Shown here in pieces: positions 18,836 to 27,983 of a stretch of 64,000 bases of DNA (position 1 is the stretch's first letter; every line of letters begins with the position of its first letter). Location of the stretch: positions 32,001-96,000 of the forward strand of contig CAWDWO010000013.1 in assembly GCA_963806035.1 (NCBI GenBank), written 5' to 3'. The notes beneath the pieces are model-generated. The model searched no databases. It was not told the DNA's origin and saw only the letters and a list, made by a program, of their open reading frames with translations. The position numbers were made by a program, and so were the translations under genes. The DNA is from Candidatus Krumholzibacteriota bacterium. GTDB taxonomy: Bacteria > Krumholzibacteriota > Krumholzibacteriia > JAJRXK01.

Positions 18836-20548
18836 ATGTTCAATCTACGGTTCGAAGGCCGCCCGAGACTAGGCCTGCTGACAAGTTTGGCGTTCACCGT
18901 CGCTTTGAGTGCGTGTTCTTCGAACAATGGAGGCGACGGCGGAATGATCCCGCCGGGTGAGGTCAATTTGGCCATGCACTTCTCGGTCTATCAACTCGCC
19001 GCAAGTTCCGGCAAGGGCGCGCCCACCGATCTCTTGCTCTGGAAAGGAACTTCCGAAGGCCCGGACGCGGATTCCCCCCAGCACACCGCGAACGCCAGAA
19101 TTCCCGGGGCAGAGCCCTTCCGCATCGATTGGGAACTCGTCGATCCTTCCACCGCCATTCGCGGTTATCAATTTCGTGCCACGCAGATCCCCGAAGAAGG
19201 CGATCGTCGCATGCCGCGCGATGCCAGTGACACTCCGTACTGGGGCGATCAACAGTCCTTCGTCTGTGAGAATTCCACGCCGATCGAAGACATCACCTCT
19301 CGCTGTCCCACCGGCGGGGATTGTCCGGAAGTTCTGCTCTTCGGCTCCGACGAGGTGCACTCGTTCTATGCCTTCGCCTCCACCGAAGACGGTCAGGAAA
19401 CTCCTCTCGACCAGGCACTCTTGCAGTTCGAAATCGTGAACGCGGTTCCCACTACCCAGCTCGTCGTCGACGGGACCTATCCCTACTACCACATGCCGGA
19501 TGGTGCGGGAGGGGAGCTGCGGGCCACGATGGCGGTCGGGGATACCATTCCCGCCGGAGCCGAGGTGGTGTTCAAGTTGAGCGGTGAGGATCCCGATCCG
19601 GTGGTGTTGAAAACGGAGTCGTTGCCACGTGTCCGCTACCAGGGCCGTTCCGAGATGGACTCGCGCAGCGGGCCGGTGCGTCAGCTCCAGACCAACTACA
19701 GTGAGCCCGCCGCGGCCGACACCGTCGCTTTTACGGTGGGACCCTTCAACTACCGCTTCTACGGGCGGGCGGTCGATCGCCTGCGCGCGGTCGATCCCAC
19801 CCCCGTCGAATTCTCTTTCGTCGCGGGATATGCCCCCAGCCTCACCGCCATCGCGCCCAACTCGAGTGATCAATTGCTGCTGCGCAAGCCCAGCGACGGA
19901 ACCTGGCCCGACAACACGGTCGACTATCAGGTCGTTTCCGACGTCACGCGCTTCTGGACCGGTACGCGCTTTTTGGAGAGCGCCGTGAGCGGCTCACAGC
20001 AGTGGCAGGGCGCGCTCTTCCTCATCCCCTTGCAATTGAATGGGGTTGGTGATCCGAGAGAGCCGGATACCGGAGGGTTTGGCGCCGCCAGATCCTTCTC
20101 CTACGAGTGGCACAGCGACAACGATCCGCAGAACTCGATTCTCAACGGTGGTCGCGACGACAATCTCTCGAGCTTCAACGATGCCACTTCTCCCGGCGAG
20201 CTCTTGCTGTCGGGACAGACGGGAATCGAACTCTTCGTGCCCTCGATCTTCTGGGACGATCCCTCTCTCTTCGAGCCGGGAACTTGCGACAGCTCGGGCG
20301 ATTTCGATTTTTGCGGAGTGGGCGATTATCTGCGCCGGCAGTTGGGAGAAATGACTCTGCTCGCGCGGGCGCGCAATACGCAGAGCTTCCAGAGCTTCGA
20401 ATACTTCTTCCGCCTCATCGACGATCCGAGTCAATCGATCATCACCGACATTGGAGAGGCCGGTCTCATGAGCGCGGCGGACTCGACGAAGTTTCCCATG
20501 CACCTGGGCCTGGATGATGGCTCGGGAGGAGTGGTGTCCTGGCCCTAG
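18836..20548 (+). CDS. Large acidic beta-rich lipoprotein, function unknown
   Basis: Lipobox ALSAC; Ig-like segments (YRFYGRAVDRLRAVDPTP); Cys pairs. Confidence 0.75.
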   Translation: MFNLRFEGRPRLGLLTSLAFTVALSACSSNNGGDGGMIPPGEVNLAMHFSVYQLAASSGKGAPTDLLLWKGTSEGPDADSPQHTANARIPGAEPFRIDWELVDPSTAIRGYQFRATQIPEEGDRRMPRDASDTPYWGDQQSFVCENSTPIEDITSRCPTGGDCPEVLLFGSDEVHSFYAFASTEDGQETPLDQALLQFEIVNAVPTTQLVVDGTYPYYHMPDGAGGELRATMAVGDTIPAGAEVVFKLSGEDPDPVVLKTESLPRVRYQGRSEMDSRSGPVRQLQTNYSEPAAADTVAFTVGPFNYRFYGRAVDRLRAVDPTPVEFSFVAGYAPSLTAIAPNSSDQLLLRKPSDGTWPDNTVDYQVVSDVTRFWTGTRFLESAVSGSQQWQGALFLIPLQLNGVGDPREPDTGGFGAARSFSYEWHSDNDPQNSILNGGRDDNLSSFNDATSPGELLLSGQTGIELFVPSIFWDDPSLFEPGTCDSSGDFDFCGVGDYLRRQLGEMTLLARARNTQSFQSFEYFFRLIDDPSQSIITDIGEAGLMSAADSTKFPMHLGLDDGSGGVVSWP

Positions 20549-20551
20549 CGC

Positions 20552-22414
20552 TCAGGCGTCTTGCAGCTGCGCGAACTCCTCTTCCAGACGACCCACGAGT
20601 TCGTCCAGCTGATCCACCACGGCTTGCACTGGTTCGGCCTGACTCAGGTCCACTCCGGCGCGTTTCAACAGTTCCATGGGATCGTCGCTGCCGCCGGCGC
20701 GCAGTAGTCCGAGATACCGCGCCGTGGCTCTCTCCCGCTCAGCCGCGTCTTCGGACTTGATCGTGGCGAAGATCTGCGCCGAGGAGGCAAAGCAGGTCGC
20801 GTACTGGTACACGTAGAACGGACTGCGGTAGAGGTGCGGGATGCGGGCCCAGGTCGAGGCGTAGAGTTCGTCCAGAGTGACGCCGCTTCCGTACCATTCC
20901 GATTGAAGTTTCGAATAGAGCGCATTCAGGACTTCGGCCGTGACCGGTTCGCCGCGCTCGACGATGCGGTGGGCCTCGAGTTCGAAGGCGGCGAAGAGCA
21001 CCTGGCTGTAGAAGGTCCCCACGATCGAGTCGATGGCATGCTGCAGCAGGAGAATCCTTTCGCGGGAGTCTTCGGTGTGCTGCAGCATGTGATCCAGGAG
21101 AAGCCGCTCGTTGAGGGTGGATGCGACTTCCGCCACGAAGATCGTGTAATCGGAATAACAGAAAGGCTGGCTCTCGTTCGCCAGCACGGTGTGCATGGTA
21201 TGGCCCATCTCGTGCGCAATGGTGAAGACGTTGTCCAGGGTTTGGTTGAAATTCAAGAGCACGTAGGGGTGCACTCCGTAAACTCCGGCCGAATAGGCCC
21301 CGGTGCGCTTGCCTTCGTTCTCGAAAACGTCGATCCAACGCTTCGAGAATGCCTCCTGCATTTGCTCGTGATAGCTCTGACCCAGGGGCTCGACCGAATT
21401 CAGAACCTCGAGCACCGCTTCCTCGTACTCGTAGTGCTTGTCGATCTCGAGCAGAGGCAGGGTGCCGTCATAGAGATGGATTTCGTCCAGCTTTAGAATG
21501 CGCCGTCGCAGCTCGTAGTAACGATGCAGGGGCGCGGTCCCCTTCCTCGTGGTCTCGATGAGATTGGTCACCACCGTGGCGGGAATCGCGTCCGCATGCA
21601 GTACGGCGTCCAAGCAAGAGGGGTACTTGCGCGCCTGCGCGCGCGCCCAATCGCGCTGGCAAATTGCGTTGTAGATGGCGGCGTAGGTGTTGCTGTTGGC
21701 GGCGAAGGTCTCGTAAAGCCCGCGGAAGGCCTTGGCGCGATCTTCCTGATTGCGCTCCTTGGAGAGAATGGCGTAGTAGCGCCCGTAGGTCAGCTGGACT
21801 TCCTCGCCGGTCGACAGGGTGAGCCGTGGATAGCGGATGTCCGCCGTGGAGAGCATCGAATAGATCTCCGAGGGCGAGCCGTTGAACGATGAGCTGTAGC
21901 TGAGTAAAGTCTCGCTCGATTCGTCCAGGACGTGTTCCTGTTGGCGAAAGAGCTGACGCATCGCGTAGCGGTACAGGGCCAGCCCCTCGCTTTCCTTCAT
22001 CCATGCATCCACGGTGTCCTGGCCCAGGGCCAGAAGTTCGGGGTTGAACCAGGCCGTGGCGGTGGAGCTCCGCGCGAAGAGCAGGCTCACTTCCTGACGC
22101 ATCGCGTCGATCTCGTTGCGCCGCACGTCCTCGTCAGCCTTGAGCGAGGCGAAGTAGTACACGCGGTAGGCAAGCTGGTCGATCTCGTCGTTGAGCCGGA
22201 GGGCCTTCAGGAGGGCATCCGGCCCCTGTCCAAGGCTGCCCTTGAGGGCGATCATCTGGTCGATCTTGCCCTCGAGTTTCTTGAAGTCCGCCCGCCACTT
22301 GTCGAAGTCCGCGTAGATGTCCTCGAGGCGCCACTTGTAACGCGGCTCGATATCCTCTCGCTTGAGCGTGCCGCCCCCATTTTTGGGGTGCTGCGGAGTG
22401 ATCATCATCGTCAT
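20552..22414 (-). CDS. pepF: Oligoendopeptidase F (M3B)
   Basis: KWRLEDIY, WIDVFENEGKRTGAYS, HEMGH, AEVAST, IPHLY..FYVYQYAT. Confidence 0.97.
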   Translation of the reverse strand: MTMMITPQHPKNGGGTLKREDIEPRYKWRLEDIYADFDKWRADFKKLEGKIDQMIALKGSLGQGPDALLKALRLNDEIDQLAYRVYYFASLKADEDVRRNEIDAMRQEVSLLFARSSTATAWFNPELLALGQDTVDAWMKESEGLALYRYAMRQLFRQQEHVLDESSETLLSYSSSFNGSPSEIYSMLSTADIRYPRLTLSTGEEVQLTYGRYYAILSKERNQEDRAKAFRGLYETFAANSNTYAAIYNAICQRDWARAQARKYPSCLDAVLHADAIPATVVTNLIETTRKGTAPLHRYYELRRRILKLDEIHLYDGTLPLLEIDKHYEYEEAVLEVLNSVEPLGQSYHEQMQEAFSKRWIDVFENEGKRTGAYSAGVYGVHPYVLLNFNQTLDNVFTIAHEMGHTMHTVLANESQPFCYSDYTIFVAEVASTLNERLLLDHMLQHTEDSRERILLLQHAIDSIVGTFYSQVLFAAFELEAHRIVERGEPVTAEVLNALYSKLQSEWYGSGVTLDELYASTWARIPHLYRSPFYVYQYATCFASSAQIFATIKSEDAAERERATARYLGLLRAGGSDDPMELLKRAGVDLSQAEPVQAVVDQLDELVGRLEEEFAQLQDA

Positions 22415-22429
22415 GTATCCTTCCGGGGA

Positions 22430-23410
22430 TCAGTCGCCGATCACCTCGAGCTGGAGAACGCCGAAGTACTGGTGGCGGTCGGTCCAGTGGGCCACCAATC
22501 GGAATCCCGCGTCACGTGCCAACTCGGCAAACGAAGCCGGGTCGTACTTGTAGGAGTACTCGGTTCGTATGCTCTCTCCGCGACCAAAATGGATCCGTTC
22601 GCCCTGCACTGTCACAGTCTGTTCACGAGTGGAGACGAGGTGCATTTCGATGCGGCTCTGGGGGGGATTGTAAAAAGCGTAGTGTCGGAAGCAGTCGAGC
22701 TGAAAATCCGCTCCGAGTTCCCGATTGAGACGGGCCAGCAGATTCAAATTGAACGCGGCGGTGACGCCGCAAGCATCGTTGTACGCGCGGTGGAGCACGC
22801 GTGGATCCTTCTTGAGATCGATCCCCAGGACCAACGCTCCGCCCTCTCCCAGCACGCTCACCATGATCTCCAAAAGCGGGACGACCTGCTTCGGCGTGAA
22901 ATTCCCGATCGTCGAGCCGGGGAAGTAGATCACGTTGCGGCGCGGCTCGACGCTGGGGGTGGGCAAAGGGAAGGGCTTGGTGAAATCCACGCAGACCGGA
23001 AGAAGCTCGAGCCGGGGATATTCCTCGTGGAGACGGGTGCACGATTGGCGCAGGGCGTTGGAGCTGATGTCGACCGGCACGTAGGCGGCCGGCGCCTTGA
23101 GCTTGTCCAGCAAGCAGCGGGTCTTCAAGCTGCTGCCGCTGCCGAGTTCGACCACCATGCAACCGGGACCCAGGCGTTCGGCGATGGAACCGGAATGCTC
23201 CCTCATGACCTCCAGCTCGCTGCGGGTGGGGTAATATTCGGGAAGCTCGCAGATCTGCTCGAAGATCTGGCTCCCGCGCCGATCGTAGAAATATTTGCTC
23301 GGCAAGGACTTGGGATTGGAGCTGAGTCCGTTGAGCGCGTCTTCGAGCAAGTCGGACTGTTGTGGCTCAAAATCCAGGATTTCGAACGCTTCTTGAGAAC
23401 TCGGTTCCAT
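22430..23410 (-). CDS. egtD: L-histidine N-alpha-methyltransferase (ergothioneine pathway)
   Basis: KSLPSKYFYD..GSQIFEQICELPEYYPTR, ELGSGSSLKT, FPGSTIGN, AYND..GVTAAFN, TEYSYKY. Confidence 0.95.
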   Translation of the reverse strand: MEPSSQEAFEILDFEPQQSDLLEDALNGLSSNPKSLPSKYFYDRRGSQIFEQICELPEYYPTRSELEVMREHSGSIAERLGPGCMVVELGSGSSLKTRCLLDKLKAPAAYVPVDISSNALRQSCTRLHEEYPRLELLPVCVDFTKPFPLPTPSVEPRRNVIYFPGSTIGNFTPKQVVPLLEIMVSVLGEGGALVLGIDLKKDPRVLHRAYNDACGVTAAFNLNLLARLNRELGADFQLDCFRHYAFYNPPQSRIEMHLVSTREQTVTVQGERIHFGRGESIRTEYSYKYDPASFAELARDAGFRLVAHWTDRHQYFGVLQLEVIGD

Positions 23411-23557
23411 GCTTTCCCGTATTCGTGAGATTGGACTTGATGCGCGGGCCAGAGCGAGGAGCGCCTCGAGAGCGCTGATGACGGGCCGTCCTTCGCCGTG
23501 GATATGGTACCAGAGCCCGCCTTTGCGGCAAAGCCCGGTTCTGGGCCTGGATCCCCC

Positions 23558-23586
23558 TGTAACTCCCGTGTGGGCTGGCGCGTCTA
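23558..23586 (+). promoter_or_regulatory. ECF-type promoter TGTAAC-N17-CGTCTA (probable autoregulation)
   Basis: Canonical ECF -35 AAC and -10 CGT, 16 nt upstream of the ECF start codon. Confidence 0.65.
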
Positions 23587-23602
23587 GCAGAAAGAATGGC
23601 AG

Positions 23603-24178
23603 ATGAAGATGGATCGACCTGCATTCAACCGCCTCCTGCTCGAGCAGAAGGACGCCGTCTACGGACTGGCGGTGCATCTGCTCGATTCGAGGGAAGAGGC
23701 GCAGGACGTGGTGCAGGACGTCTTCCTGAAGCTCTGGCGGAAAGGCGGCGCGGTCGAGGTTCAGTCGCGGCCGGCCTGGCTGCTCCGGGTTTGCCGAAAC
23801 GCCTGCCTGGACCGGCTGCGGCGGCGAAAGGTTCGCCGCCACCATCGGGCCGACCCCAGCCAGATCAAACTGGGCGTCGGCTCACCCCGCGAGCTCGATG
23901 GGGACTCTGGGCGAGAGCTTTCCTTCGACCTCAGTGACGAGGGAGCCGGCGCCCAACAGGTCGAGGATCGAAGCGAGGTACGGAGGATCGTGGCTGCCAT
24001 GCAAAGACTGAGCGAGCCTCAGCGTTCGATCATCATGATGAGGGAGCTGCAGGGTTTCAGCTACGAGGAGATTGCCTCGACGACGGAACTCTCGCTCTCC
24101 GCAGTGAAGGTGAGTCTGCACCGCGCGCGCAAGAAAGTGCGCCGGATGTTCGAGGAGGCAAAGGAGGTGCGAGCGTGA
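23603..24178 (+). CDS. ECF sigma-70 factor
   Basis: EAQDVVQDVFLKLW, WLLRVCRNACLD, GFSYEEIA..VKVSLHRARKK. Confidence 0.96.
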   Translation: MKMDRPAFNRLLLEQKDAVYGLAVHLLDSREEAQDVVQDVFLKLWRKGGAVEVQSRPAWLLRVCRNACLDRLRRRKVRRHHRADPSQIKLGVGSPRELDGDSGRELSFDLSDEGAGAQQVEDRSEVRRIVAAMQRLSEPQRSIIMMRELQGFSYEEIASTTELSLSAVKVSLHRARKKVRRMFEEAKEVRA

Positions 24179-24729
24179 ACGACGACGAAAAATTCTTCGA
24201 AGAGAAGATGCGCGACTACCAGGCCCCCCGTTGCCCCGAGGAACTCGTCGATCGCATCATGGCGCGAGTCGATGCCGAACCGCAGGCCGAGCCGCAGCCG
24301 AAATGGTGGACACTGTTCCGCTTGAGGCACGCCCTGGTTCCCGCGGCAGCGCTCGCGGTATTGCTCTTCGTGCTGCTCCGGCTTTCGCCCCAGCCGCCCT
24401 CGACTCCTTTGCCCGAGATAGAAAATCCCCAAGTGGCGATCGCCCCGCCCGAAACCACTTCGACTCCGTGCGAGCTCGATCTGCAGGAAATTCTCCGCCG
24501 CCTGGGAGCCAAGGATCGCGCGCAACTGGCGTACGACGATACGACTCTCTGCGAGGCGGCCGAGGATGTGCGCATGGCCCTGAACCTCATGGGCAAGGCC
24601 ATGCATTCGACGGAACGCGTGTTGCGGAATGAAACCCGCAGACGCGTTGCCGATACCGTGAGAATGGGGCTCGAAGCGTCGAGTGTATCGCCCGCACCCG
24701 CTGCTGCGAATCCCGGCAACGGCGGCTGA
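24175..24729 (+). CDS. Membrane-bound anti-sigma factor
   Basis: GTGA overlap with the ECF stop; PEELVDRIMARV; single TM helix. Confidence 0.8.
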   Translation: MNDDEKFFEEKMRDYQAPRCPEELVDRIMARVDAEPQAEPQPKWWTLFRLRHALVPAAALAVLLFVLLRLSPQPPSTPLPEIENPQVAIAPPETTSTPCELDLQEILRRLGAKDRAQLAYDDTTLCEAAEDVRMALNLMGKAMHSTERVLRNETRRRVADTVRMGLEASSVSPAPAAANPGNGG

Positions 24730-24761
24730 GATCAGCCGCCACAACCATCGGAGACCATGTC

Positions 24762-25397
24762 ATGCGTAAATCTCTTCTCGCTCTGGCGATCGTGGTGTTT
24801 CTCACCCCCGTGGCGCTCGCCCGTGCGGACCAGAACGACCTTTCGGGCGAACCCGGATACATCAACCTCAACAGCCTCAAGACTTTCGACCGCGGCAAGA
24901 GCGTGGTGGAAATCTCACTGACCCAACCCTTGCTGAGTCTGGCCCGCTGGGCCGTCGCGGATGACGATCCCGAGATGGCCGAGATGTTGGGCAGCCTGAA
25001 GCTTTTGCAGGTCAACGTCTTCTCCTACCCCCTGAGCGAGGGAAAGAGCCTGTCCGCGAGCTTGGAGGACGTCGCGGGAAAGCTCGCCACACAGGGTTGG
25101 AATTCCGTGGTGAAGGTGAAACAGAAGAACGAAAGCTGGCACATCATGGTGAAGATGGACGAAAAGGGCGGAACCAAGGGTGCGCCTCTGCTCAACGGCG
25201 TGGCGATCCTGGGTATGGGCGACGAGAACAGCGACATTCACTATGAGGAAGGCGACGGGTTGGAAGCGGTGTTCGTGAACGTGGTAGGCAATCTCGACTT
25301 CGCCCAGCTCAGCAAGCTCGGCAAGCACTTTGATCTGCCGATGCTGGAGAAGCTGGACGCCAAGGACGCGGGCAAGGCCCAGGGCAGCGCTCAGTAG
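24762..25397 (+). CDS. DUF4252-like periplasmic protein
   Basis: Signal peptide ARA-D; GWNSVVKVK, VFVNVVGNLD motifs; third gene of the ECF operon. Confidence 0.8.
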   Translation: MRKSLLALAIVVFLTPVALARADQNDLSGEPGYINLNSLKTFDRGKSVVEISLTQPLLSLARWAVADDDPEMAEMLGSLKLLQVNVFSYPLSEGKSLSASLEDVAGKLATQGWNSVVKVKQKNESWHIMVKMDEKGGTKGAPLLNGVAILGMGDENSDIHYEEGDGLEAVFVNVVGNLDFAQLSKLGKHFDLPMLEKLDAKDAGKAQGSAQ

Positions 25398-25484
25398 GGC
25401 CGAATTCGACCCAAAAAGGCCCCGATTTTTTGCCGCTGGGGCGGACTTCGGGCCTGGAAAAAGAACTTTGAAAGTACTAAACTA

Positions 25485-25745
25485 AGGAGGCCGGAATTCT
25501 GATACAGGATGCCGGCCTTCTCATGTCAGCTAGGGCAACTTCGGGCCTTCAGCCCCGAGGGGATGTGAGTTCGCGACATCGAGACAGGAGCAGGCTGGCA
25601 CACGGGCGCCGCCAGTGCTCGCCTGGGTGAACTCGCTGGGCGTGGTGAGTACCTGGGTTGGACTCGATGAGGTTCCGCTGGTCGAATTGGGGACTGGGAC
25701 CTCCCCGTCGACCGCGAAGGCGGATCCCAAGGCGACTCACGTCCC
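25485..25745 (+). ncRNA. Candidate structured non-coding RNA of unknown class
   Basis: Nearly the whole segment forms stems; several G-U pairs work only on the + strand; lies between convergent genes behind an AT-rich promoter-like stretch. Confidence 0.45.
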
Positions 25746-25754
25746 CTCATCCTT

Positions 25755-26354
25755 TTACTGGCGGATCAGATCTTCCTTGGACAACAGACGCGCGTGGAGA
25801 TCGCTGAGGCTCGCGCTGCCCGAGAGGTTCATCAGCGTAGGTCCGGCGGGAGTCCGCGCGTAGATATCCACGCGGAGCCAGACCTCGTTCCCACTGAAGA
25901 GCTCCAGGGTGTCCTGGTCGAGCTGGGTGCTTCCGCTCACCGGGGTCACGGTCGCGTCCTGCACGGAGACCGGAATGCTCATGATCGGCGTCGTGCTGGC
26001 GGCGGCGTCAGCGGCGGTCGCTCCCAGGAAGAGATCGAAACGCAGCTCGGCTTCACCGCTCTGGTTGTCGAACTCTCCCTTCAGGTGGAGGGTTCCTTCC
26101 TCCATGAGAGACGCAGTGCCCAGACCCTCCAGAAGATCGATCTTCGTGGGCGGGATGAGGCCTACCACGGGCACCCAGGTGCCGGTTCCCGGGACCTCGG
26201 CCGCGTAGTTCGTACTCAAATCCTCTTCGTTGATGAAACTCAGGAAGTCGAGATTCAGAACGATGGTCCCGCCGGCGCACGCCACGAGCAGAAGAAGCGT
26301 CACGGCGAGGAGCGAGCGCGAAGTCTTCAGACTTTGGAAAATCGATTTCTTCAT
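25755..26354 (-). CDS. Lipoprotein, partner of the upstream barrel
   Basis: Lipobox LLVAC; beta-rich; 11 nt downstream of the barrel gene. Confidence 0.75.
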   Translation of the reverse strand: MKKSIFQSLKTSRSLLAVTLLLLVACAGGTIVLNLDFLSFINEEDLSTNYAAEVPGTGTWVPVVGLIPPTKIDLLEGLGTASLMEEGTLHLKGEFDNQSGEAELRFDLFLGATAADAAASTTPIMSIPVSVQDATVTPVSGSTQLDQDTLELFSGNEVWLRVDIYARTPAGPTLMNLSGSASLSDLHARLLSKEDLIRQ

Positions 26355-26365
26355 GACGCGCGTCC

Positions 26366-27739
26366 CTAGTAAAGCGTGACCGCGAGGCCCATCGAAACCC
26401 CCCGGTTCTGAGTCAAACCGAGGTTGTGAGTTTGGAATCCCGCATCGATTCCCCAGGGGCCCAGACGGAAGCCCGCGCCCCAGCTACCCTGCATGCAGCT
26501 GCGCTGATCGCGGAGAAGCCCGCCGCGCACGGCCAGCCAGCGGTTCAGCCAGAACTCGCCCCCGCCGTGAACGCTCAGTCCACCGGGTTGCTCCACCACG
26601 CTCGCCGCCAGCAAGTAGCGATCGCCCAACCAGCTCACATTGGTCATCCAGCTCACCGGAATCTCCGTACAGCTCACGAAATGTTTGGCGACGTTCTCGG
26701 TGATGACCTCGTTCAAATCCGGATCGAGATACGAGTGGTCCAGCTGCGTGTTCTTCCAGGTGAGGTCGGCGAAGATGTCGGCCACTCCCGCTCCGATTTC
26801 CAGTCTTCCCGAGCGCCACACCGCGCCCAGATCGATGGCATTTCCGTATCCCACGCTGCTGACGCTGTTGGGCCAGGCGCGCTGGTAGTCGGCCTGGAAG
26901 CTGGCGTCGAAGGTGTCACTGCCCGCGGTGGAGAAAATCGGATCGCCGCTGTGCAATCCCAGATCTCCGTCGAGACGCACGTAGCCGCCGCCGAAGTAGT
27001 GTCGGTATCCCGCGCCGAACCAGAGACCGCCGCCCTCACCGTCGGTACCGCCGTTTCCCTCCTCGCTCAAGGGCACCGCCCAGGCAAGGCCGCTCGAGAA
27101 TCCGGCCTGCATGAGTGCGCTGGCGCTCGCGCTGTAGTCGGTGGATGGAGTGACCGGCTCCGCGTCGGCCAGCACCTTTACCAACTCCTCATCCAGATTG
27201 AAGTCGACCTGGGTCTGGATGAAAGGCCGCATGAGACTCAGATGGAGAAGTCCCGCGCCATCTCCCAGTCCGAAGTTCAGTCCGAGATCGACGGGGCTGC
27301 CCATGCTCCCCATGGAGAAGCCGTCGCGCGGTATGACCTCACGCGCATCCTTCAGATCGAACACGAGCTGGTCCTGTCCCAGCCAGATCTCGAGTCCCTG
27401 GTCGGGGTCGTGGGGCCGCCTGAACTCCCAGGCCCAGGGGACGTTCGTGATGAAATTGACGATGCCGATGGCGCTGAAGTCCTCGCTGTCGGGATCGAGC
27501 TCGGGGAAGTACTTGATGAATTGGATCACCCCGAGGGGCACCGGGATCGAGGTGGTCTTCTTGGAAACCCGTGGCGGAACCGCGCGGTAAGCCGGATTGA
27601 TGCGGGCGAGACTGCCCGAGCCCTGATCGAGGCTCACGCCACCCATGGCCATGCCGCGCGCGTCGTAGCCTTGCGCGAGAGCGCGGCCCGGCGCGAGCAG
27701 GAACAGCAGAGCTAGGGCGATCAGCAGGCTTTGGCGCAT
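26366..27739 (-). CDS. Outer-membrane beta-barrel of the FadL/PorV/TraF-like superfamily
   Basis: Signal peptide ALA-Q; YDARGMAMGG and INPA motifs; GxGxAIDLGA; terminal aromatic residue (VTLY). Confidence 0.75.
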   Translation of the reverse strand: MRQSLLIALALLFLLAPGRALAQGYDARGMAMGGVSLDQGSGSLARINPAYRAVPPRVSKKTTSIPVPLGVIQFIKYFPELDPDSEDFSAIGIVNFITNVPWAWEFRRPHDPDQGLEIWLGQDQLVFDLKDAREVIPRDGFSMGSMGSPVDLGLNFGLGDGAGLLHLSLMRPFIQTQVDFNLDEELVKVLADAEPVTPSTDYSASASALMQAGFSSGLAWAVPLSEEGNGGTDGEGGGLWFGAGYRHYFGGGYVRLDGDLGLHSGDPIFSTAGSDTFDASFQADYQRAWPNSVSSVGYGNAIDLGAVWRSGRLEIGAGVADIFADLTWKNTQLDHSYLDPDLNEVITENVAKHFVSCTEIPVSWMTNVSWLGDRYLLAASVVEQPGGLSVHGGGEFWLNRWLAVRGGLLRDQRSCMQGSWGAGFRLGPWGIDAGFQTHNLGLTQNRGVSMGLAVTLY

Positions 27740-27983
27740 GATGAGCCACTTTCCGGGTTGAGCGATCCGAGCGGTATGAAGCAAGTAGCTCGCCGCTTTC
27801 TCGCCCGCGTAAGAAGAGGCGCGCTCGGGCGGCCAATCGAGCCGCCGCGCGCGCCTAGTCCGCAATCGGAGTTTCCTTCCTTCAATGGAGAGAGACGGTC
27901 ATCTGGAGTATGATTTTTCACCGCTGGATTCCGGGGGCCGCGACGGCTTTCGCCGCGCGGCCGGTGAAGAGGAGCGAAAGATC

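Noticed and set aside
25689..25706. Resemblance of GGGGA-CTGG..TCCCC here to 57932-57947
   Set aside because: Too short and low in complexity to claim that the two RNA candidates are related
25549..25740. Short ORFs in the 25.5-kb spacer
   Set aside because: No protein-like composition or motifs; pervasive base-pairing explains the region better, though coding is not excluded
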